From contig DAOUHF010000071.1 in the NCBI GenBank assembly GCA_034428795.1, positions 19,256 through 83,255 on the forward strand: a stretch of 64,000 nucleotides of DNA, written 5' to 3'. The translations under genes and the position numbers were made by a program. Below the pieces are notes generated by a model. That model was not told where the DNA came from and did not search any database. It worked only from the letters and a program-made list of their open reading frames with translations. Below, piece after piece: positions 51,240-61,213 of this stretch (positions are counted from its first letter, which is position 1; each line of letters starts with the position of its first letter). The stretch comes from Dehalococcoidia bacterium. GTDB lineage: Bacteria; Chloroflexota; Dehalococcoidia; Lucifugimonadales; UBA3495.

Positions 51240-53822
51240 ATGATCCCCATTAGACTCTCTCTCTCCAACTTTCTTTGCTACCGGGACAACGTCCCAACCC
51301 TGGATTTCACCGGCATCCACGTCGCCTGCTTGTGCGGCCCCAACGGCCACGGCAAGTCGGCTTTGTTGGACGCAATCACCTGGGCCCTGTGGGGCCGGGC
51401 CAGAAGCCGGACCAACGACGAGTTGATTTCCTACGGCGCCGACGAGTGCCGGGTCGACCTCGATTTCTCCTCTCGCGGACAGGAATACCGGGTCACTCGC
51501 AGCCACGGCCGGGCCGGGAGACGGCGAAGCGGCTCCAGCGGACTGCAATTGGCATTGGTCAGCGGAGGAGTGGCGGCGCCCCTGACCGGTAACGTAATGC
51601 GGGAGACCCAAGCCCGCATCGACAACACGGTCGGCATGGACTACGACACTTTCGTCAACTCCGCCCTCCTGGTGCAGGGCCGCGCCGACGAGTTCACCCG
51701 GCGGACCCCCGCTGAACGCAAGACCGTCCTTGGCAAGATACTGGGCCTGGAGACCTACGACCGGTTGCAGGTCCGGGCCAAGGAGCGGAGGGACCGGCTC
51801 GAATCCACTGCCCATGGGTTGGAAGCCAGCATCCAACGAATTCGCTGGGAGCTGGAGCAGTCGGCCGGCTCGGAGGACGAACTCGCACTGGTTTCCACCC
51901 GGTTGGCAGCTTTGGAACAGCAACTGGCCCTTCAGAACGACAGGACTTCCGCCCTGGACATCCGGATAGCCGACCTGCGGAGACGGCAACTGCAGCTCGG
52001 GGACTCGGTCGAACGCCTGGAGTCGCTGCCGGTGGAGTTGGAAGGCCTGAAATCGGCGGAGGCGGCTACTAGAGAACAGGTCCAACAGTTCGAAACGCTG
52101 ATCGGGCAATCGGCCTCTATCCGGGACGGGGCGGCCTGGTTGGCCGCCGCCCGCCGCCGGTTCGAGGACCTGGAGCAGGTCCGCGCCGAATTCGACAGCC
52201 TGGAGCGGGAGAAGACTGCTCTTCGAGGGACCATCCAGGTCCGGAAGACCCGCCTGGAGTCGGACATAGAGGAGTTGCGGCGCCACATCGACCGCCTGAC
52301 CCCCAAAGCCCAAGCCTGCCCCGGACTGGAGGAGGATCTCCGGGTGGCGCAAGAATACGAGCCGGTCTTGGCCCTGCGGGAAAAGGAGATAAACGAAGCG
52401 CGGGCAAAGATCACCAAGCTGTCTGTCAAGATGGGCCAAATCCAGGGCTCCGTCGAGCGCTTCACCAGCGAGGGCAAGGAACTGGCTAGCAAATTGGAGT
52501 TGCTGCGCAAGGCCTCCGATGACGGAGACGCGGTCTGCCCTCTCTGCCAGACCCCGTTGCGGGAAGACGGTTGCCTACGCCTGGAGGAATCGTACACCCA
52601 GGACATCGAGTTAAAGCGCAAGGAATTCCAGGATGCCAAAACCCAGCTAACACAGCTCGAAGCCCACAACCAGCAACTGGGAAACGGCCTGCCTTTGCAG
52701 GAACGGGAATTGGCGGAGGCCAGGACCCACCGGGAGGTGAGGCTGAAACAACTGGCCGCCGGAATCGAAGAATCTCGGCTGGCCGCCCAAGAATTGGAGC
52801 AATCGTCGAAAGGACTGGCCAAATACACGCTGCGCCTGAATCAAGACGAGTACGCCGAAGAAGAGGCCGGCGGGCTCCGCTTGCTGGAAGAGCGCAGCCT
52901 GGAAATGGCCTACGACGATAACGCCCGCCAGTCCAGCTATCGGGAGACCCAGGAACTGGAGGGGTTTGCCTTGCAGGTACGGTTGCTTGACCGGGCGGAA
53001 ACCGAGGCGCCCGGTCTGCGTGAGGCGCTGAACCGGACCGTCGATATGATCGTCCGCCGCGGAGAGGAGTTGGACAACCTGCGGCGCTCCCTGGCCGACG
53101 ATGAAGCCGCGTTGGCCGGTCTGCCGGCCTTGGAGTCGGAGCTCGATGTTGAGAAGACCCAGGAATCGGCCATCCAACAAGCGATACAAACAGCAACCAC
53201 CCGCCGTGGTTATCTCCAGGGTCAGGTGGACCTCAGGAAACGTCTCAGCCGCGATCTGGAAGAGGAAACCCGCCGGTTGGTTAGCACTCGCGAAGGATAC
53301 TCCATCTATCATGAACTGACGGCAGCCTACGGTAAGCAGGGTATCCAGGCTATGCTCATCGAGACAGTCGTGCCCAGAATCGAGGACGAAGCCAACGAAC
53401 TGCTGGGAAGAATGACCGACCACCGGATGAACGTTAAATTGGAAACCCTCAAAGAGCCGTCATCGGGCAAAGGCGCTCCCAGGGAGACGCTGGAAATACT
53501 GGTCAGCGACGAGCTGGGCCCGCGCAGCTACGAAATGTACAGCGGCGGCGAAGCGTTCCGGGTCAATCTCGCCCTGCGTATCGCCCTGTCCAAGGTGCTG
53601 GCCCAGCGGATGGGCGCCCCGCTGCCCACCCTGTTCATCGACGAGGGTTTCGGCACTCAGGACACCGTGGGGAGGGAACGGGTGCTGGACGTGATCAGCG
53701 CCATCGGCGGCGAGTTCGAGAAGGTAATCGTCATAACCCACCTTGACGACCTCAAGGAGGCCTTCCCGGTGCGCATCGAGGTCTTAAAAGAAGGCAACGG
53801 CTCCAGCTTCTGCCTGACCTGA
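51240..53822 (+). CDS. sbcC: SbcC/Rad50-family ATPase (coiled coil with CxxC zinc hook)
   Basis: Start placed at ATG 51240: MIPIRLSLSNFLCYRD, GPNGHGKSALLDA Walker A, long coiled coil, CPLCQTPL hook, YSGGEAFRVNLALRIAL signature, LFIDEGFG Walker B. Confidence 0.85.
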   Translation: MIPIRLSLSNFLCYRDNVPTLDFTGIHVACLCGPNGHGKSALLDAITWALWGRARSRTNDELISYGADECRVDLDFSSRGQEYRVTRSHGRAGRRRSGSSGLQLALVSGGVAAPLTGNVMRETQARIDNTVGMDYDTFVNSALLVQGRADEFTRRTPAERKTVLGKILGLETYDRLQVRAKERRDRLESTAHGLEASIQRIRWELEQSAGSEDELALVSTRLAALEQQLALQNDRTSALDIRIADLRRRQLQLGDSVERLESLPVELEGLKSAEAATREQVQQFETLIGQSASIRDGAAWLAAARRRFEDLEQVRAEFDSLEREKTALRGTIQVRKTRLESDIEELRRHIDRLTPKAQACPGLEEDLRVAQEYEPVLALREKEINEARAKITKLSVKMGQIQGSVERFTSEGKELASKLELLRKASDDGDAVCPLCQTPLREDGCLRLEESYTQDIELKRKEFQDAKTQLTQLEAHNQQLGNGLPLQERELAEARTHREVRLKQLAAGIEESRLAAQELEQSSKGLAKYTLRLNQDEYAEEEAGGLRLLEERSLEMAYDDNARQSSYRETQELEGFALQVRLLDRAETEAPGLREALNRTVDMIVRRGEELDNLRRSLADDEAALAGLPALESELDVEKTQESAIQQAIQTATTRRGYLQGQVDLRKRLSRDLEEETRRLVSTREGYSIYHELTAAYGKQGIQAMLIETVVPRIEDEANELLGRMTDHRMNVKLETLKEPSSGKGAPRETLEILVSDELGPRSYEMYSGGEAFRVNLALRIALSKVLAQRMGAPLPTLFIDEGFGTQDTVGRERVLDVISAIGGEFEKVIVITHLDDLKEAFPVRIEVLKEGNGSSFCLT

Positions 53823-53866
53823 GCCTTTGAGCCCCTCGAATACCCATCGGCGGCAACGGGACAACC

Positions 53867-54364
53867 ATGAACAACGCTACGGACAGCCCGGTTTACGTCA
53901 GGACCGCCGGCCCCGAGGACGCCGAGGTCCTGGCCTGGTTTAACCGGGCTATGGCCCTGGAAACTGAGGGCCGGGAATTGGATGGCGACCTGGTGCGTTC
54001 GGGCGTCGAGGCGGTCTTCGCCGGCGGTGACAAAGGGTTCTACGTCGTTGCAGAGCTCTCGGACCGGATCGTCGGAGGGCTGCTGGTCACCTACGAATGG
54101 AGCGATTGGCGGAACGCATTGTTCTGGTGGATACAGAGTGTGTACGTGAGACCGGACAGCCGCCGTATCGGGGTGTACCGGGCGATGCACGGCTACGTCG
54201 CATCCAAAGCGGCGGAGCGCGGCGGCGTATGCGGCGTCAGGCTCTACGTCGACAAGGACAATCACCTCGCCCAACAGGTATACGCCGGTCTTGGCATGCG
54301 GCAGGCCCGGTACGAAATGTTCGAAGTCGAGTTCGAAGAGCGATCCGGGAATCAACAGGCTTGA
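53867..54364 (+). CDS. GNAT-family N-acetyltransferase
   Basis: 165 aa. VRPDSRRIGVYRAMHGYV (acetyl-CoA binding motif A-like). Confidence 0.75.
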   Translation: MNNATDSPVYVRTAGPEDAEVLAWFNRAMALETEGRELDGDLVRSGVEAVFAGGDKGFYVVAELSDRIVGGLLVTYEWSDWRNALFWWIQSVYVRPDSRRIGVYRAMHGYVASKAAERGGVCGVRLYVDKDNHLAQQVYAGLGMRQARYEMFEVEFEERSGNQQA

Positions 54365-54388
54365 AAAAGATGTGGGGAGGCAAATCGG

Positions 54389-54808
54389 ATGTTGCCCGAT
54401 AACGTCAGAGAATTCATCACCGTCAACCACGAGGGCGTATTGACCTGCTTCAGGCGCAACGGCGCCGCCCAGATGAGCATCGTGACCTGCGGGGCGTACC
54501 AGGACGGCGTGGCGTTCACCACCACAGAAGACCGGTCCAAACTTCACAACCTGCGCCGGAATCCGAGGTGTTCCCTGTTGGTGTCTCACCGGGACTGGCG
54601 TCCGTTCGTCGTGTTGGAAGGAACGGCGCGAATCCTGTCCCCTGGCCGCTCGGACCCCGAGGAATTGAAACAGGCATTGCGCGACGTGTTTACGGCAGCC
54701 TCGGGACAAGTCCATCCCAATTGGGACGAGTACGATCAAGTGATGGCGCAAGACCGCCGGTCGGCGATTGTCGTCGTGCCCGACCACATTTACGGCACCG
54801 CTCTTTAA
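54389..54808 (+). CDS. Pyridoxamine 5'-phosphate oxidase-family (PPOX-class, probably F420/FMN-dependent) protein
   Basis: 139 aa. GVLTCFRRNGAAQMSIV, KLHNLRRNPRCSLLV. Confidence 0.7.
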   Translation: MLPDNVREFITVNHEGVLTCFRRNGAAQMSIVTCGAYQDGVAFTTTEDRSKLHNLRRNPRCSLLVSHRDWRPFVVLEGTARILSPGRSDPEELKQALRDVFTAASGQVHPNWDEYDQVMAQDRRSAIVVVPDHIYGTAL

Positions 54809-54949
54809 GGGCGCGTTAGTCCATAAGGAACAGGTCCGATACGTCGACATCCGGCGCCACGGCTTCGGCTATCACCGCCCGCCCCCCCTGCCGTATTTCA
54901 TTCCTCAAGTTTGCCTCGAGAGGACGAGCGATAGTAAGCAGACCGGAGA

Positions 54950-56662
54950 CTACTGCAAGTCAGCGCCAGCCAAGAGTTGGCGTACGGCGTCGAGCGCGTC
55001 GGCGACGGGCACTGTACGGGCTTCGTCGTCCTGCCGGCCCTTGACCTCGACGACCCCGTTGCGCAGGTTGCGGGGGCTCACCACCAGGCGCGCCGGCAGT
55101 CCCAGCAGGTCGGCGTCGTTGAACTTGACCCCGGCTGCCTGGTCCGCCCGATCGTCGTAGAGCACGTCGATGCCGTGTGATGTCAATTCCGCGTAGAGGT
55201 CGTCGGCCGCTTTGGATACGGACTCGTCGGAGAGGTTCAGGCCTACCAGGTAGGCGTCAAAGGGGGCGATGGGGACCGGGAACACGATTCCCTGCTCGTC
55301 GTTGTTCTGCTCTATGGCGGCGGCCAGCAGGCGGCCCACCCCGATGCCGTAGCAGCCCATGATGATGGGGTGCTGCTGACCGGAGGCGTCCAGGAAGTTG
55401 GCGCCCAAGGACTCGCTGAAGAAGGTGCCGAGCTTGAAGATGTGGCCCACCTCGATGCCCCGGATCGACTCCAGCGGGCTGCCGCAGCGGGTGCAAGACT
55501 GACCGGGTTGGGCCAAGGCGATGTCGGTGAGGAGGTCCACCTGGAAGTCCCGCGGATAGTTGGCGCCGAGCAGGTGGGTGTCCGGTTTGTTGGCGCCGAC
55601 CACGAAGTTGTTGCCTTCGTTTATCGAAGGATCGGCGACTTTCGTGATGTGGGCGATGCCCACCGCCGAGGCCGATCCCGCCACCAGTCCGGCGGACTGG
55701 ACCTCGGCGTCGTCGGCGAACCGCAGGTCGGCGCAATGCAGGGCATTTTTCAGCTTGACCTCGTTCACCTCCAGGTCTCCCCTGATGGTGACGAATACCG
55801 GCTCCCCGTCCGCCATGTAGAAGACGGCCTTCAGGGTCTTGGCTTCCGGGACGCCAAGAAATTCCGCCAGGCCGGCAATGGTCTTGATGCCGGGAGTCGC
55901 GACTTCCCGCAGCGGCGCTTCCGGCTCCAGCGCCACGTCGGGGCGCGCCGACTCAGCCTTCTCGGCGTTGGCCGTGTACTGGCAGTCGGGGCAGCTGATT
56001 ACGGTATCTTCCCCGGTGGGGGTGGAGAGCAGGAACTCGTGGGAGTCCTTCCCGCCGATGGCCCCGCTGTCGGCCTCGGCCATCAGGACCGGCAGTCCGC
56101 AACGCCTGAAGATGTTGCGATAAGCCTGGGCCATGTCCTGGTACGTCGAGTCCAGGCTCTCGTCGTCGGCGTTGAAGCTGTAGGCGTCTTTCATGTCGAA
56201 CTCCCGCACCCGTACCAGCCCGGCCCGCGGACGTGGTTCGTCCCGGAACTTCGTTTGTATCTGGTACAGGAGAAGCGGCAGATCCCGGTAACTCTGCACG
56301 TTGGCCTTGACGATGTTGGTAACGACCTCCTCGTGGGTGGGCGCCAGCACCATGGGGCGGCCCCGGCGGTCTTCGAAGGAGAACAGGTTGTCGCCGAAAG
56401 CGGCGCTCCGGCCCGTCTGCTCCCAAAGCTCCAATGGCTGCAGGGCGGGCATCATCAGCTCCTGACCGCCGGCGGCGTCGATCTCCTCGCGAATGATGGC
56501 CTCTATCTTGCGCAGAGAGCGCAGGGCCAACGGCAAGTACGAGTAGACCCCGGCCGCCACCTGGTGGATGAGCCCGGCCTTGAGCATCAGGCGGTGGCTC
56601 GCGGTTTCGGCTTCGGGCGGATCGGTGCGCAGGGTCCTGGTGACCAGATGAGAGACTTTCAT
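54950..56662 (-). CDS. proS: Prolyl-tRNA synthetase (bacterial type with editing domain)
   Basis: 570 aa, FRDEPRPRAGLVRVREF, class II motifs. Confidence 0.95.
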   Translation of the reverse strand: MKVSHLVTRTLRTDPPEAETASHRLMLKAGLIHQVAAGVYSYLPLALRSLRKIEAIIREEIDAAGGQELMMPALQPLELWEQTGRSAAFGDNLFSFEDRRGRPMVLAPTHEEVVTNIVKANVQSYRDLPLLLYQIQTKFRDEPRPRAGLVRVREFDMKDAYSFNADDESLDSTYQDMAQAYRNIFRRCGLPVLMAEADSGAIGGKDSHEFLLSTPTGEDTVISCPDCQYTANAEKAESARPDVALEPEAPLREVATPGIKTIAGLAEFLGVPEAKTLKAVFYMADGEPVFVTIRGDLEVNEVKLKNALHCADLRFADDAEVQSAGLVAGSASAVGIAHITKVADPSINEGNNFVVGANKPDTHLLGANYPRDFQVDLLTDIALAQPGQSCTRCGSPLESIRGIEVGHIFKLGTFFSESLGANFLDASGQQHPIIMGCYGIGVGRLLAAAIEQNNDEQGIVFPVPIAPFDAYLVGLNLSDESVSKAADDLYAELTSHGIDVLYDDRADQAAGVKFNDADLLGLPARLVVSPRNLRNGVVEVKGRQDDEARTVPVADALDAVRQLLAGADLQ

Positions 56663-56678
56663 GACAACGGCTCGATCA

Positions 56679-56828
56679 TTAGGAAACCTCTGAACAAGTC
56701 CCTTCCCCCCGATGGGGGAAGGTTAGGATGGGGGCGCCGGCGTTCATTGCATTGCTGACCTCCCTAATCTACCCTCCGGGATTCCGGCTTTCGCCGCCAT
56801 GTCGCTGACTTATTCGGAGGTTCCTTAG
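56679..56828 (+). mobile_element. MITE-like inverted-repeat element, copy 5 (150 bp, divergent right arm)
   Basis: TAGGAAACCTCTGAACAAGTCCCTTCCCCCCGATGGGGGAAGGTTAGGATGGGGG...GACTTATTCGGAGGTTCCTTAg. The internal part differs from copies 2-4. Confidence 0.75.
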
Positions 56829-56904
56829 CAGACTTGGGACGCGGTGAAAGCCGGTCCAGCTTTCCAAACCATTATAACCAGTGAAACGGCTCGGGCGCGG
56901 CCCG

Positions 56905-56934
56905 AAAAAAGAGGGCCTCCCGGGGGAGGCCCTC
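56905..56934 (-). terminator. Rho-independent terminator after ispG
   Basis: On the minus strand: GAGGGCCTCC-cccg-GGAGGCCCTC followed by TTTTTT. Confidence 0.75.
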
Positions 56935-56980
56935 GGCACTGGCGCTGGCACCGGTACTCAATGGTCTTCGGGTTTCGGCG

Positions 56981-58120
56981 TTAATCGCCAGCAGGGGCGG
57001 ACGTGCTCTCCACCTCTTCCATGAGGGCGGTCAGCATCTCATGTTCGGGGACCACCCGGACCTTTTCGCCCTTGCGGAAAATCACGGCCCGGCCGGCCCC
57101 GGCGGCGATCCCGACGTCGGCGTCCTTGGCTTCGCCGGGGCCGTTGACCTCGCACCCCATCACCGCGACCTTGATGTCCTTGGACTTGGACCGCAGCAAG
57201 GCGTCCACGTCATTGGCCAGCTTCACCACATCCACGTCGGCCCGGCCGCAACTGGGGCAGGCCACCAACACCGCGCCCTTGCGCCGCAGGTTCAGGGACT
57301 TGAGGATTTCATACCCGGCGATCACCTCTTCGGTGGAATCGCCGGCGAGGGAGACGCGGATGGTGTCGCCGATTCCTTCGTAGAGCAGCACTCCCAGTCC
57401 CACTGACGTGCGGATGGAACCGGACATCGGGGTGCCGGCCTCCGTGACGCCCAAATGGAGGGGGTAGGGGACCATGTCGGCCAGACGCCGATAGGCTTCC
57501 ACAGTGGTGGGGACGTCGAAGGCCTTCATTGAGATCTTGATCTGGTCGAAGTCCTGGTCTTCCAGCAGGCTGATCTCCCACAGGGCAGTGGCCACCATGT
57601 GGTCGACCACGCTGTAGTCGCCCTCCCGTGCGTCTCCGGCCTTGGGGAGTTTGTTCACCAAGTCCATATGCCGCGAGAAGCCGCGGGTGCGGCCGATGCC
57701 GCCCACCGGGGGCAGGCTGCCGAAGTTGACCCCAATGCGTATGGGGACGTTCATCGCCTTGGAGGCCAGGACGACCTCCCGGACCTGGTCCTCGTTTCTC
57801 AGGTTGCCGGGGTTCAGGCGCAGGCAATCCACGCCGCCCTCCAGGCATTTCAACGCCAACTGGTAGTGGAAGTGTATGTCGGCGATCAACGGTATGTTGA
57901 TCTGCTTCTTGATCTCTCCCATGGCCTCGGCGGCGGCCATGTCGGGCACGGCGGAGCGGATGATTTCGCAGCCGGCCTCTTCCAACTCGTGAATTTGCCG
58001 GACCGTGGCCGCCACGTCCCGCGTGTCCGTCTTGGTCATCGACTGTACGGTGATATCGGCGTCGCCGCCGACTTTGACGCCGCCCACGTATACCGGCTTG
58101 GTTGGCCGTCGTTTACTCAT
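56981..58120 (-). CDS. ispG: 4-hydroxy-3-methylbut-2-en-1-yl diphosphate synthase
   Basis: 379 aa, VQSMTKTDT, CPSCGR, GCEVNGPGE. Confidence 0.95.
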   Translation of the reverse strand: MSKRRPTKPVYVGGVKVGGDADITVQSMTKTDTRDVAATVRQIHELEEAGCEIIRSAVPDMAAAEAMGEIKKQINIPLIADIHFHYQLALKCLEGGVDCLRLNPGNLRNEDQVREVVLASKAMNVPIRIGVNFGSLPPVGGIGRTRGFSRHMDLVNKLPKAGDAREGDYSVVDHMVATALWEISLLEDQDFDQIKISMKAFDVPTTVEAYRRLADMVPYPLHLGVTEAGTPMSGSIRTSVGLGVLLYEGIGDTIRVSLAGDSTEEVIAGYEILKSLNLRRKGAVLVACPSCGRADVDVVKLANDVDALLRSKSKDIKVAVMGCEVNGPGEAKDADVGIAAGAGRAVIFRKGEKVRVVPEHEMLTALMEEVESTSAPAGD

Positions 58121-58268
58121 CTGTCAGTCCCCTCCGATGTTGCGGTATGGCGGCCAGGCTACCTCGGCTGCCGATGGTGAGTTACGGACATGTTACACGA
58201 TAGAGGTGACCGGTTCCATAAGACGAATTGACTCTTGAATGGGAACTCGTCCGTTCGTTTTTCTGCCA

Positions 58269-58653
58269 TTAGTTACTTGCCAACCCTTCCGCGCCCCGGA
58301 TGTAGTCCGCCGTCGCCCGGATATCCGCAATAACGGCTTTTTCGGGTTCGCAGTCCCCGTCGTAAAAATATGCGCCATGGAGGTTGTGGGCTATTGAGCC
58401 GTATCGGACTGCTAAATCGATGAAAGCCTAACCCTCGTTACGCAAGTTTCGGATTCCACGCCGCGTTTGCCCAGTCGTGCGGGGTTCCTGCCCCGTTCCG
58501 GGCCAGGACCAGAGCGTCGGTGGCCCGCTTTGTCGCTCCCCAGGCCTTCTCGGCTGCGTTACGCAGCTTACCGCGCTCCAACTCTTCCAGGGCGTCCTCG
58601 TAAAGCACCCAGGCATCAACGAATATGGCGGTTACTTGTTCTGTTTCTAACAC
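58269..58653 (-). pseudogene. PaREP1-like (HEPN-superfamily) gene disrupted by a frameshift
   Basis: The N-terminal 71 codons (58438-58653: ...KLRNAAEKAWGATKRATDALVLARNG...) end at TAA. The expected C-terminal half (AFIDLAVRYGSIAHNLHGAYFYDGDCEPEKAVIADIRATADYIRGAEGLASN*) is open in a different frame from 58427 to 58269. Confidence 0.6.
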
Positions 58654-58717
58654 GTGCCCTCGGCGCTTCCAGTCACGTCGATTCTGCCATTCTCCCCCTT
58701 TGTTCCCGCCCGTTATC

Positions 58718-60037
58718 CTACCCCAGGAAGCTGCGGCCCTCCAGAAGGCGGTTGATGTCGTTGGCGGTGATGATTACGATGCCGACCAGCAGTACAGCGA
58801 GCCCTATCATGTGCACCAGGCCCTCTTTTTCGGGCGGGACCCGTTTGCCCCGGCGCACCCATTCCAGGGCGACAAAGACTATCCGGCCGCCGTCCAGCAT
58901 GGGTATGGGAAGGATGTTCAGGATGGCCAGGTTGATGCTCAGCAGTATACCGATCCCCAACCAGCCGGTGAGCCCGGCCTGCCGGGTGATTTCCCCGGTC
59001 ACCTGAGCGATACCGACGGGGCCGGATAGCTCCGGGGCCGAGCCTTGGGAAATTGCCCCGCCCAACGATTGTTTCAGCAGGACCAGCGTCTCCCACATGT
59101 CGACGAAGCTCCGGGGGACCGCTTTCCAGAAGGGCTCGGAGCGGGTCTCCACCCGTGACTCCATCAATTGGGGCACCACCCCCACCAGCCATCTTCCGGC
59201 GTCGGCGTCGAAGCGGGGATTGACCGGTAGCAACCGCTCCCCGTCGCCTCTCTGCACCAGCAACTCCATTCGCGAGCCGCCGTTCAGGTTTACCTCGCGG
59301 GCGAAGTCGCGGCGGCTTTCTATTTGCCGTCCGTTAGCCGCCAGTATGACGTCGCCTTCCTGTATTTGGGACTCGGCGGCGGCCGTGCCGGGGCCGACCT
59401 CGGAAACCGTGAGGCGGCCGACGACGACTTCCTGGGGAATCATGAGCAGTATGGTGAATATGGCAATGGGGAGGATGGCGTTCATGAAGGGCCCGGCGGC
59501 CAGCACCAGCAAGCGGGCGCCCGCCCCCTTGCTGGCCAGGCTGCGGGGCACGTTGGGGTTGGACTCCCCAGCCAGCCGGACGAATCCCCCCAAGGGCATC
59601 AAGTTCACTGAATAGAGCATGTCGGCCAAGACGAATGATCCGGGTGCGACGGCCCGGACCTTACCCTCGTGCTTCAGCAGGTCTTCGTCGTCGAAGCGGG
59701 GCCCATTGTCCTTTTCATGTTCCCGTGGGCCGCCAACTGCCTCGACGCGCTTGGCGAGCAGGTTGCCGTCGGCGTCCTCGGCGGAGCTCACCTTGAGCCG
59801 CATCCCCGGCTGGATAGCCTGCGGTCCGGGCAACCCGGCGAACAGGGTGGCGCTGTCGGTGAGCACCGGGGTGCGGCCGGTGTAGATGCCGAAGGCCCGA
59901 GGCGGGAACCCAATGCCGAATTCCAGAACCTTGATCCCCATGGCCCTGGCGGTGGCAAAATGACCGAACTCGTGCACCACTACAAGGACCACCAGAAGGG
60001 GCAGAAGGGATGCGATGGCGATCAGGAAGGAGTCCAT
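58718..60037 (-). CDS. rseP: RIP metalloprotease RseP (site-2 protease, M50)
   Basis: VVHEFGHFATA (HExxH), PDZ region, NILPIPMLDGG. Confidence 0.9.
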   Translation of the reverse strand: MDSFLIAIASLLPLLVVLVVVHEFGHFATARAMGIKVLEFGIGFPPRAFGIYTGRTPVLTDSATLFAGLPGPQAIQPGMRLKVSSAEDADGNLLAKRVEAVGGPREHEKDNGPRFDDEDLLKHEGKVRAVAPGSFVLADMLYSVNLMPLGGFVRLAGESNPNVPRSLASKGAGARLLVLAAGPFMNAILPIAIFTILLMIPQEVVVGRLTVSEVGPGTAAAESQIQEGDVILAANGRQIESRRDFAREVNLNGGSRMELLVQRGDGERLLPVNPRFDADAGRWLVGVVPQLMESRVETRSEPFWKAVPRSFVDMWETLVLLKQSLGGAISQGSAPELSGPVGIAQVTGEITRQAGLTGWLGIGILLSINLAILNILPIPMLDGGRIVFVALEWVRRGKRVPPEKEGLVHMIGLAVLLVGIVIITANDINRLLEGRSFLG

Positions 60038-60094
60038 AGGCGTCGAAGAACAACAAAGTCCGGAGTCGAATGGGCCGGCGGTCCCGGATAAGGC

Positions 60095-61213
60095 TCAGGC
60101 GTAGGCTATCTCTTTGCTCCGCGCCGAGGCCCACGCATCGGCGCTCAACACCTCTTCGGCGTTCCCGGCGGGCAGGGACTCGTGCTCGGAGAGCACCTGC
60201 TCCACCAACCGGTGGATTCCAGTGTAACCGATTCTTCCGTCGAGGAAGGCCTGCACCGCCACTTCGTCGGCGGCGCTCAACACCGCCGGGTAGGTGCCCC
60301 CCTTTTGGCCGGCCGATACGGCCAGGGAGAAGCAGGGATAGCGTTCCGGTTCCAAAGGGTCGAACGTCAGGGAGTGGGAAACCCGGGTGTCCAGACGTGG
60401 AATCATCTCGTTGGGCAAGCGGTTGGGGTAGAACAGGGCGTACTGGATAGGCAGCCGCATGTCCGGGGGGCCCATCTGGGCCTTTACCGAGCCATCCGCG
60501 AACTCCACCATCGAGTGGATCGTGCTCTGTGGATGCACCACCACCTCTATGCGGTCCCAGGGAACGTCGAACAGCCAATGGGTCTCTATCACCTCGAACG
60601 CCTTGTTCATCAGCGTGGCGGAGTCGATTGTGATCTTCCTGCCCATCTTCCAGGTGGGATGCTGCAATGCCCGTTCCGGCGTCACGCTTTCCATCTCTTC
60701 CAGAGGAGTCGTGCGGAAGGGGCCGCCGGACGCGGTAATCAGCAGCCGCAGTATCTCGTTGTCCTCTCCCCGGAGGCACTGCCAGATGGCGCTGGGTTCG
60801 CTGTCGACCGGCAGGACCTTCCCGTGGTAGCGGGACTCGTATTCCTTGATGAGGCGGCCGGCCATCACTATGGGTTCCTTGTTGGAGAGGGCCACCGTCT
60901 TGCCGTGTTCCAACGCAGCGAGAGTGGGCGCCAAGCCGACGCTGCCCATCAGGGCCACCATCACCTGATTGACCTCTTCCAGGCACACCATATCCGCCAT
61001 GGGAGTAATGAAGGCGCCGGAGAGGGACATATCGGGCCGGGCGGAACACCACGTGTGACGGGGCTTGAACTCGGCCGCCTGTTGGGTCAATAACTCGACG
61101 TTGTTGCCGCCGGCCAGCCCAATGACTTCAAACTCGTCGGGGAACGCCCGGACGATGTCCAGGGTCTGGCGGCCTATGGAACCAGTGGACCCGAGGACCA
61201 CGATCCGTTTCAT
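60095..61213 (-). CDS. dxr: 1-deoxy-D-xylulose 5-phosphate reductoisomerase
   Basis: VVLGSTGSIGRQTL, LANKE-type SNKEPIVMAG, HPTWKMG. Confidence 0.95.
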   Translation of the reverse strand: MKRIVVLGSTGSIGRQTLDIVRAFPDEFEVIGLAGGNNVELLTQQAAEFKPRHTWCSARPDMSLSGAFITPMADMVCLEEVNQVMVALMGSVGLAPTLAALEHGKTVALSNKEPIVMAGRLIKEYESRYHGKVLPVDSEPSAIWQCLRGEDNEILRLLITASGGPFRTTPLEEMESVTPERALQHPTWKMGRKITIDSATLMNKAFEVIETHWLFDVPWDRIEVVVHPQSTIHSMVEFADGSVKAQMGPPDMRLPIQYALFYPNRLPNEMIPRLDTRVSHSLTFDPLEPERYPCFSLAVSAGQKGGTYPAVLSAADEVAVQAFLDGRIGYTGIHRLVEQVLSEHESLPAGNAEEVLSADAWASARSKEIAYA

